A DNA stretch of 64,000 bases from Octopus sinensis (lineage: Eukaryota): assembly GCF_006345805.1 (NCBI RefSeq), contig NC_043002.1, forward strand, positions 79,484,001 through 79,548,000, read 5' to 3'. The position numbers and the translations under genes were made by a program. This document shows positions 53,054 through 64,000 of this stretch, piece after piece. Numbering within the stretch: the stretch's first letter is position 1; every line of letters begins with the position of its first letter. Under the pieces are notes generated by a model that ran no database searches, had not been told where the DNA came from, and was given only the letters and a program-made list of their open reading frames with translations.

Positions 53054-54861
53054 ATATATATATATATATAGATATATATAATATATTATATATACATATA
53101 CACCGGTCTCTATATTCATTCGGATATTATAAAGATTTTGTAAAAGAAATACAATAATAATAATGAATTTTTTTCTTTCAACAAGTATGGCGTGGTCACT
53201 GATACTGCACTCCACCGTATCTGTAATAAGCTTTTAACGAGTTGTATCGACTATGGAACAAATATTTCGATCTCTTTTTTAGAAAAGTTTCTTTGTGTTT
53301 TCTTTATGATAGTTTTCCTAGACGAATTGAGCGTGTCTTTATGGAAACATTTTAAATGGACCTTCTGTTTGCATTAATATAAGCTAAAACAACACTGGGT
53401 TACTTTCCAAGGAAGTCACAGGTCCAGGGTCCATATTCTGATCTATGCGATCTAGGGCTTGCTGTCAAAATATATATTCTATGAGGTTTACTGCTTTGAT
53501 TTTCTCGGGGCTAAGTTTCTACAATGCAGCTAAAGCGGACTCGTCGGAAAGGCATTTATGATGATATCAGAGACAACGTTTAGACTGCCAGTTTTCAATG
53601 TTCAGATCTTGTACATAATAATGATTTGAATATATGCCTTTTGTCTCTCTCTGCATCAGCAAGGAATGTGGAATATAGTGAAGGCGATGAGCGACATCAT
53701 AAACATCTTCGAAGAGCAAGGAATCAGGTTTTTATCAATCATTTTACGTTCTACTTTTGCTGCGACATGGCAGATTTTATTAATTAGATGCTGTTCGTTT
53801 TGAGACCTACAAATACTCTTCTTTCCACTTCCCTGCTCGTCACACGTCTCTTTGTTGAACTTGAAATTCAGAACGTTTGTTACGGGCTTGTAATAACAAT
53901 AACACGAAACTTAATTAACAAACTTACAAAAATTCCCGAAAACACATTCATAAAAAAAAAATAAAGAAAGAAATATCATTGAAATTGCGTTGTGCTTGCT
54001 ACCAAGTGAATGTTTATTTCTGTACTGCAAGAGTGGTCATGGATTTGGACAAATCAGTTAGCTGCATTGATATTGCTATTACTACATTCTGAATAAGGAA
54101 ATAGGCTCTATTTAACATTCACCACTTCATCTGACTATTAAGTCGCTTACTGGTGACTTGGCGTGATACAACGTTCCCACCATTTTGGTTATATAAATGC
54201 TTGAGCGTTGATCGATATTGATTTTGGTCATGGTGCTGTATCTAATTTTTACTTGAATTCTTTCTTCAAGTTTATTCATCCACGACACGATAGGGTTGAA
54301 TTGCTGCTGCGCTTCAATCCATAGCCAAGTCGTCAGCATTACGTTTACAGACGCACGAACATCGCACAATTGCAGAAGTAGAGAATGCATGCGGCTATAA
54401 TCGTTAAGAGAAATATTCATGTACAGACAAATCTTGGGGATCATGGCGAGGTCAGACGATAATGTGTGTGAAGGACGAGATAGCGGAGTGACGGTTTGGG
54501 GTTTCAGTAGGGTTGGGTCAATCAAGGACACGTGTGGGAGTAGATAGGGTGTGATGCTTCAGCCAGTTGGGAATTACAAATGATTCAGCGACTGCGCCAA
54601 AACGATTCGATGCTGAGTAGGAAAGGCTGGAAGGAGTTGTAAACATGCTTACTTCTCAGTTCCTATAATTATTATATTGTAATATAGTTAGTAAATGGTA
54701 GTTTATTCGTATATTCGACGGCGCTCAAACAAACATTACCTAAATGGTATTAATAACGGTCAAGACTCATTATTATTAATTGCACTAAATCGTTAGCAGT
54801 TTTATAATATACATTCATATATACATATACATACATACATATATACATACATACATACACA

Positions 54862-55555
<694 letters not shown>

Positions 55556-55566
55556 GAACATTCATC

Positions 55567-55597
<31 letters not shown>

Positions 55598-55743
55598 TAT
55601 GTATATATTATATATATATTATATATATATACACATATACATATATATATATATGCATACATACACACACACACACATGCACACACGCGCACACACACAC
55701 ACCACACACACACGCACATATATATATACATGCAATTGAAGCA

Positions 55744-55956
55744 GCTGGAATGGCAACACCTGTACGCTAGAAGTAGATCTCAAATATCTGCAAACAGCTC
55801 TACATTTGTTCTCTATTTACAATCCAAGGCCGAAATTTGAAAATCTTCTTGCTCACTACCTCGCATTCAGCCTTGGGGTGTAAATAGAGAACAAATTTAG
55901 AGTGGATTGTTGACATTTGACATCTATTTCTAGCGTAAAGGCGTAAGAATTCCAGC
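55744..55956. mobile_element. Foldback MITE-like element with about 85-bp imperfect arms
   Basis: gctggaat/attccagc, tacgctagaagtagat/atctatttctagcgta, ctctacatttgttctctatttacaatccaaggc/gccttggggtgtaaatagagaacaaatttagag; 39-nt spacer. Confidence 0.75.
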
Positions 55957-56084
55957 GCCTTTAGATATCATTATAGTTTTATAATTATATACTTAAAAAT
56001 TAATTTTACCGTTATGATGGAAATTTATGCGGTAGCCAGTGACATAATCATTTTAATGATTATATCCTCAATTCATAAGCATAC

Positions 56085-56440
56085 ATATAATAAAGGCGAA
56101 ATTCTGTCTGTCCGTTCGTCCACCCATCCGACCGGGACCTCTTTATTTCAGTCTTACATTTGCTCTACATAGTGATATTATATCTTTTTGGAATCAGGAT
56201 GACCCGGGGATTGAAAATCTTCCCTTGATTTGGTTCTTGAACATTCAGCATTGGGATCAGGTCTGGATGAGGATTTATTATATGCTCACAGTTGAATTTG
56301 AAGTAATGAAATAGCTGTAGGGTAATAACATATTTGTAGGGTACCAATAACTGCTTTATCATTAATTCCGTCCCTAGTTTTGGGTCGTAGGCCCAATTAG
56401 CTCTCTGCAAGAGCCTGGTGAAAAGTTCGCACGGAGTACG
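56085..56440. mobile_element. Helitron/Helentron-like non-autonomous fragment
   Basis: tatataataaaggcgaaattctgtctgtccg resembles Helitron-type 5' ends; no clear 3' end. Confidence 0.35.
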
Positions 56441-56454
56441 GCCTTTAAGCTATC

Positions 56455-56459
56455 ATATA

Positions 56460-56529
<70 letters not shown>

Positions 56530-57444
56530 TATACATATAAGCAACAAGGATACCCAGAGGTAATGCAGTATGACTTTTTCAAGCAACTCCATTTAATTGA
56601 ACAATGCAATCATTATATGAATTTCAATGCAGAGCAATCTTCAGCTGCATAAAGACATAAAATTAAATTAAATTAAAACAGATGTACATTTATATGTATA
56701 ATGTATGTATGTATGTATGTATGTATGTATGTATGTATGTATGTATGTATGTATGTATGCATTATGTGTATATGTGTGTGTGTGTATTTATAAATATATA
56801 TATATATATATAATACGCCCAGTCACATACACATGCTCTTATACGCACATATATGCATACATATATCAATGCCTTGTCCATATTCCAGAAGCATCACCAG
56901 AGACGTGCGAACAAGACCAACGAATATCTGCTTTTATACACTTGGCTTTTCACTTGTTTCAGTCATTGGTCCACGGTGGGACAACAGCTTGAAGTTTATC
57001 GACGGGAAAATCGAACTCAGTATATATATATATATGTACTCAAATTCTGATCTGTACTCTATCGGTTTTTATCCCCCTCCCCCTCAATTACTTGAATAAT
57101 AAACTAAATAAACACAGTTGTCAAGCGGTTGTTGGGGGTCAAACAAAGACGCACACACACACACACATGCACACGAACACACACACGCGCGCCCGCGCCC
57201 AGCCACACATATGAATATATATACACATGTATACATACACATGCATGCACACGTTGCATACACACACAAGCACACACACAGGTATTGATCGTTTGAATGT
57301 TTACATAGTTCGAATCACAACCGATTAAATAGAATATATGCACAATGCACTTTTATGCACTGAGTTCTATTTCCCGTCATTTTTATGCGTATATACACTC
57401 CCACACACACACACACACACACCACACACACATATATATATATA

Positions 57445-57497
<53 letters not shown>

Positions 57498-57677
57498 ATA
57501 TAATATATATATACATATAAGCAACAAGGATACCCAGAGGTAATGCAGTATGACTTTTTCAAGCAACTCCATTTAATTGAACAATGCAATCATTAATATG
57601 AATTTCAATGCAGAGCAATCTTCAGCTGCATAAAGACATAAAATTAAATTAAATTAAAACAGATGTACATTTATATG

Positions 57678-57709
<32 letters not shown>

Positions 57710-58381
57710 TGTATGTATGTATGTATGTATGTATGTATGCATGTATGTGTATATGTGTGTGTGTGTGTATTTATAAATATATATATATATATACGCCCAG
57801 TCACATACACATGCTCTTATACGCACATATATGCATACATATATCAATGCCTTGTCCATATTCCAGAAGCATCACCAGAGACGTGCGAACAAGACCAACG
57901 AATATCTGCTTTTATACACTTGGCTTTTCACTTGTTTCAGTCATTGGTCCACGGTGGGACAACAGCTTGAAGTTTATCGACGGGAAAATCGAACTCAGTA
58001 TATATATATATATGTACTCAAATTCTGATCTGTACTCTATCGGTTTTTATCCCCCTCCCCCTCAATTACTTGAATAAATAAACTAAATAAACACAGTTGT
58101 CAAGCGGTTGTTGGGGGTCAAACAAAGACGCACACACACACACACATGCACACGAACACACACACGCGCGCCCGCGCCCAGCCACACATATGAATATATA
58201 TACACATGTATACATACACATGCATGCACACGTTTGCATACACACACAAGCACACACACAGGTATTGATCGTTTGAATGTTTACATAGTTCGAATCACAA
58301 CCGATTAAATAGAATATATGCACAATGCACTTTTATGCACTGAGTTCTATTTCCCGTCATTTTTATGCGTATATACACTCA

Positions 58382-58400
<19 letters not shown>
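56455..58400. repeat. About 980-bp tandem duplication (2 copies)
   Basis: gcaacaaggatacc at 56541 and 57521; identical ORFs 56853..57050 and 57831..58028. Confidence 0.95.
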
Positions 58401-58443
<43 letters not shown>

Positions 58444-59493
58444 TTATACATATATATGTGTGTAGTAATGTACGTGTATATCGGTATATGTGTGTATGTG
58501 TGTGTGTCGAAAATGAGACGGATATTCACGCATATGTGTATGTGTTGTCGCGTATCACATCGTGACAAGTGAGACACGTGACTGTTTATCACCTCTTGGT
58601 GACACAATTCTCCTGCACAGAAGGGAAACGAGAACAACGAAATAAAACGACAATGACGACGACAACAACAACAACAAGAAGAACAACAAAACAAGTTCTT
58701 AAATAACGAAAATCAACGGTGACAACAAAATAACATGAACCAGAAAATCCATCTAAGAAACGACGTCGTTTTACAGGCTTACGAGCGAGACGACAATTCT
58801 GAGAATCTTTGACTCTCTTGTCATGCATTCTTCTTCTTCTTCTTCTTCTTTCTCCGAACCCCCCCCCCACTCTTCGTGTATACCTGCAGTGACATCTAAA
58901 CACCTACAAATACGCATACATATCATGCCCACAAACACAAACGCGTCGCAATGTATACATAAGAATAGGCTTTACATACGTATTAACACATACGCACGTA
59001 CACAAGCAGGTTTGTATTTATAAACCGTCTATCAAGTTGTCAAGCATTTTATTTTTATTTTTGGTTTTTCTTCTCTTGGAGGATATCAGGTAATTAACTA
59101 GAAAATAAAATAGAATTAAACTAAAGAAAAAAAAATAAGGAGTAAAAGAAACGAGATAAAAATGTCGTATAAAAGCGAATAAACATCAAATAAAAAGAAA
59201 ATGGTGACGAAGATTTATTTCTTGAGAAAGTCAAACTTTTGTGAATTAGTTTTAGTGTATATATTTTTTAAAGACTTTTTTGGGGGAATATTTTCTTTTT
59301 CAAATCTTTGATATACCTTATTATGTCTATTTTATTGTTTCTTTTTAAAATCCTTATTTTATGTACAAATTTTATTTCATCGATCGAACTGTTTTTGTTC
59401 TTTTTTTATTTTATATACATACAAATGCAATCATGAAATCACGCACACACTCACAGACATACATATGCATACACATTTAATGTTATATTTTCG

Positions 59494-59546
<53 letters not shown>

Positions 59547-59678
59547 GTATATGTATGTATATGAATATGTGTATGCATATATATTTATATGTTAACAATC
59601 TAAGTCTCTTGTAGCTTTAGTACAATTACTTTCATCGCATTGACTGCTCTTCATTTCATTCTTGTATTTTAGACACAT

Positions 59679-59746
<68 letters not shown>

Positions 59747-60829
59747 GTGCGTATCCGTTTCTGGCTGTGTCAGTGATGTCTTCTTTCACTCTCTTCCCTC
59801 GTCTATCTGTCTGTCTGTCTGTCTCTGTCTCTCTCCCTCTTTCTCCCTCTCTTTTCTCCCTACCCCCTCTCTCTCTCCCTTTCTCTCTCTCTCCGTATCT
59901 TTTCCAAGTACACTATAATAGAGTCGCTGTCATCGCTTTCTGAAGAAACGTTAAGATCCTATACAACTCTAAAGAACCATAAGGACTAAAAGGACTATCT
60001 ACATTCTTTGTATTATCTATTTATTTATTTATATATTTAACAATGTCATCTATTCTTTCATTGAAAACTCCTTAATATCGTCTTTTATTAGAATCCTTCT
60101 GGTTTTATTGTATTTTAACGTCTGTCTTTTTGGTTCACCATTTACTTTAATGATTTCCAAACATTTTCTTGTTTTGTTTCGCTGTCTGTCTTACAAATGT
60201 CTTTTCTCTACACTTTACCACTCTACTGTTTCTCTATGTCTTAGAAAAATCTTTCTTTCTTACTACTTGACTTTTACTTATCCCACTTCGCATTTCCCTT
60301 TTATTTGTATTCTTTTGAACTCGCTAAGAAACTTCGCTTCTGTACTCTGTACTGTTTGTGTGTGTGTATGTATGTGTGCATCAATGTTTTTTTTTGTTTT
60401 CCCGTGTTTTGTTTGTTTGTGAATTCACTGTTGCTTGCTACATTTCTTCCTTCCTTTCTTTCTTTTTTTTCGTGTTTATTTTTCTTTTAATATTTCCTTA
60501 ATTTTTTTCTTTTTTCTTCTCCCTTCATTCCAATCTGTCATCCTTCTTTCTTTTTTCTATAATTTCTTTTTTCCTTTTTTCTCCTGGCTTCTTCTGCTCG
60601 TTTTTCTGCTTCTTTCTTTAATTCTTTTTCAATTTGTTCTTTTCATATTCATCATTCTTTCTTCATATTTGTTTTTCTTTTCTCTTTGTCATTCATTATT
60701 ATATTCTGTTCCTTCTTCATCTTCCGTTACTTTTTCATTTCTTTCACTCGTTCTCATTTTCTTATTTTACCTTTCATTTCTTTCGTTCTTTCTTTCTTTC
60801 TCTTTCTTCTGGTACAAAGACAATATTTG

Positions 60830-60975
60830 ATACCCTAGTATTTGGTTCGTACTTTATTTTATCGACCCAGAAAGGATGAAAGGCAAAGTGTACCGAGGAT
60901 GTATTTGAACTCAGAATGAAAGAGTCGAAAAAATGCAATGAAGTATTTTGGCCAGCATGCTGACGACCCTACTAG
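60830..60975 (-). mobile_element. SINE family C, diverged
   Basis: ttatcgacccagaaaggatgaaaggcaaagt..atttgaactcagaa. Confidence 0.7.
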
Positions 60976-61312
60976 CTTCGACGACGACATTGATGCTTGC
61001 GATGACGGGGGAAATGATAAAGATGAGAGTTATGGTGGCGAAAATGATGTTGACACAGATGACAAAGATAATGATATTGTTTATCTATGTGTAGCGATAA
61101 AATGTTAAAAAAAAGAAAGAAATTTGTTAAAAAATCGTTAAGTGATAAAATACAGCTTAAGTCAGGATAGGGAATCAAACATTGACGTTTTAACCCAGAA
61201 TAAATGGATACATAGATGCATACATACATACATACATACATACATACATACATACATACATACATACATACATACATACATACACACACACATACATACA
61301 TACATACATACA

Positions 61313-61346
<34 letters not shown>

Positions 61347-61373
61347 CATACATACATACATACATACATACAT

Positions 61374-61925
61374 GGTGGCTGCCCCCTCGTTATAGAGTAT
61401 GACCATTGCACGAAGCTTAATCAACGTTGTTATCGTGCAATACCTTTGCAAAAAGATTTTTTTTAAGTGAGGAAAGGCTGTGCACTGAGTCAATCCCACT
61501 CACTAAGCAACAGCAGCCATAATCCGAAAAGAAGAACAAGTCAACATCATCGGTAAACACTGAGCCGCAGGTTTTATGTCGGAGTTATCCCAGTTACCTG
61601 TGTTACCTTCTCCTAGAAGGTAACACAGGTAACAAAAGCTAGGAGTTCCTCACTCCCGATGGTTTAACCGCGCGATCGAGTATTCAGTCCGATTATTTCT
61701 ATGTCCCCGCGCATGATACAGCCTTAAGTCATTTATTGGATGGCCGTTGACTCTCAAGAGTTCCTCCTCCCTTTCACGGGTTTTGTTTTACATCCGCAGG
61801 GTGTCCAATAAACACCCTCCTCACCAAGCAAGCTTGGTGGGGTTGCCGGTTTAGTCGCCGACGACCCGACCATGCAACAGGTTGTACTGGGTTACATGTT
61901 ACCAGTAGCACTCGAAAGTGACCTG
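61374..61925 (+). mobile_element. 552-bp structured element flanked on both sides by (TACA)n
   Basis: Sharp junctions tacat|ggtggct and acctg|acatac; second partial copy at 4328-4529; multiple hairpins. Confidence 0.75.
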
Positions 61926-62119
61926 ACATACATACATACATACATACATACATACATACATACATACATACATACATACATACGTACGTACGTACATACA
62001 TACATACATACATACATACGTACGTACGTACATACATACATACATACATACATACATACATACATACATACATACATACATGCATGCATACATACATACA
62101 TACATACAGATAGACAGAC

Positions 62120-62290
62120 AGACAAGAAAAAGTATGTACCGTCATAGAGACCAGCTGTCCTGCTGATGTGAGCGCCTCTTTGATTTTCATGAACAAATAC
62201 GGACAACTGCTTCGAAACCACCAGCTTCTATTTACAGATTTCAAATTAGCATTTATATCAGTAAGAATTAGTGCACTTGGTTTTATGCAT
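62120..62290 (+). mobile_element. Diverged R4/Dong-type RLE fragment
   Basis: [45 protein letters not shown], homologous to the 5015-5266 translation. Confidence 0.7.
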
Positions 62291-62534
62291 GTGTTTTGGA
62301 ACCAAGTTTGTTACCACACAACCACACCTGCACCTATGTATGTATGTGTGTGTGTGTGTGTGTGTGCTTGTGTATGTGTGTATGGGTGTATATATGTATG
62401 CATGTATATATGTGTATATATATGTGTACATATTACATGTACATCTATATATATATACATGTACACATACATGTATACATATACAGCTATACATATACAT
62501 GTATACATGTACATCTATATATATACATCCATAT

Positions 62535-62619
<85 letters not shown>

Positions 62620-62775
62620 CATATATACATGTATATGTATACAGCTATATGTATATATATATATATACATGTAAATTTAAATTTGAAAGAATAATGGTGA
62701 AAAATTGAATATTAATTTCATTAACAAGAATTGAAAACCAGAGCTGTAGTATATAAGACCATAACGGATCTTCTA

Positions 62776-63112
62776 CTAGCAAAATAGATGTCCACTGTTA
62801 ATGGTTCACCCCTGTTATATAATACTTTCACTTTAATAGTTTCAATATTAAAGTGAAAGCATGTGACATTACAATAGAGAGATGTTTTTTTCACTTTTAA
62901 CATGTAATACTGAAATAGTGGAGAAGCTATGATATTGCTGTGGGTTCGCCCTAGGCATGAAGTTAAAATTTTTTTGGCCCATGACACTACATGGACCCTA
63001 AGTAAGGCATGTGTAAAATTTGAATGAAATTGGTTGTGTAGTTCTCAAGTTTTAGGGATTCACACAGACAGACAGACACACACACACACATTCTCAGTTT
63101 TATGTATATAGA
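62776..63112 (-). mobile_element. Non-autonomous Helitron-type element
   Basis: Minus strand A|TCTATATACATAAAACTG ... ttttgCTAG|T. Confidence 0.65.
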
Positions 63113-63449
63113 TATATATATATCTACATATACATATATATGTGGTTTTGTATGTGCGCGTGTGTGTGTGTGTGTGCAAACATACAGCCATACACACATA
63201 TAAAATATTTGATGATTAAAGCAGAAAAATAACTGCACCATGAAAGCTGTTATCGCTGCCTGATGCAAGTGCTAGTTTACGTGTAATTCCAAATAAATTC
63301 CTATTTCAAATGTTTGCTGAAAAGAAGTGACGCAACTGAATACAACTCGAAAATACATATAATACATTTCAAAAAACCGGACACTCCAATGAATTGCTTG
63401 GAAAATTCCCTTCTCCAATCACAATTACTATGTGTTTTAAATACTTTTA

Positions 63450-63978
63450 CAGCGATCCCTCGTTTATCACGGTAGATTGGTTCCGAAACCGGCCGCGATA
63501 ACTGAATTTCCGCGAAGTAGGGACACCACATTTACAGTATTTATTGAACGTGTATTTGGACTTTTAAAACCCTCCCTGCACTGTTAACAACCCACCTATT
63601 ACAGTAGTCTATTAATAACAAGGACAACTGTTAAACAATAACACTTTAGATTAAAAAAAATTAAAGATTGTTACTGTACCCAACACGAAAGAAGTAAAAT
63701 TTGAATGATGATGGTGATGTATTTGTTGCGCAGTAGAAATGATGATGATGAAGCTGACGGCGGTGCCAATCACAGCCCGTCTTAAGTTCAAATACTCCTG
63801 TATATGCTTTTTTGCTATTTTACGCTTGTTTTGTTGTTCCTAGACTAGGGAATAATATTTATTATTAATATTTTAATGGATTTAATGAAAAATTTTAGGT
63901 GTTCATATATATATATTTTAAAAATCGCGAAGTCTTGAATCCGCGATAGTTGAACCGCGAAGTAGCGAGGGATCACTA
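63450..63978. mobile_element. Tigger/pogo-like MITE
   Basis: TA|cagcgatccctcgtttatcacggt ... accgcgaagtagcgagggatcacta|TA; imperfect TIRs with internal ccgcga sub-repeats. Confidence 0.8.
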
Positions 63979-64000
63979 TACTCAAAGACACCGGTTTATT

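Noticed and set aside
56165-56410. 81-aa minus-strand ORF
   Set aside because: Lies inside a Helitron/Helentron-like repeat body and has no recognisable motif
61545-61730. HDV-like ribozyme fit (P1 AUCAUCG/CGAUGGU, P3 GAG/CUC, loop UUCCUCA)
   Set aside because: The loop lacks the conserved G, no GG follows P1 for P1.1, and there is no catalytic-C junction or good P2; twister fits on both strands also failed

Overview
This is AT-rich animal genomic DNA saturated with microsatellites ((TA)n, (CA)n, (TACA)n, (TATC)n and trinucleotide fields). The repeat inventory (abundant tRNA-headed SINEs) looks like an octopus or other cephalopod intron or intergenic region; that assignment is inferred from repeat style, not verified. 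I can support no intact protein-coding gene, rRNA, tRNA or CRISPR array, and almost all ORF-track entries are translations of simple repeats. The recognisable content is transposon debris: three mariner remnants, a Tigger/pogo-like MITE, Helitron and Helentron-type non-autonomous elements, several SINE families, and LINE fragments (R4/Dong-type RLE, CR1/L2, RTE, L1/Tx1, Penelope-like). The most interesting signals are: (1) a nearly complete type I hammerhead ribozyme inside a 417-bp-period direct repeat with an inverted arm (55.0-55.6 kb; retrozyme or Penelope-like); (2) RLE-endonuclease LINE pieces and a 552-bp structured element whose ends abut (TACA)n, beside a separate (TAA)n-bounded lineage; (3) a 188-bp loop-less palindrome and a related foldback; (4) a 36-bp minisatellite whose minus strand reads like an antifreeze-glycoprotein polyprotein. 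A few weak minus-strand exon candidates are noted. A 100-N assembly gap lies at 51675-51774.
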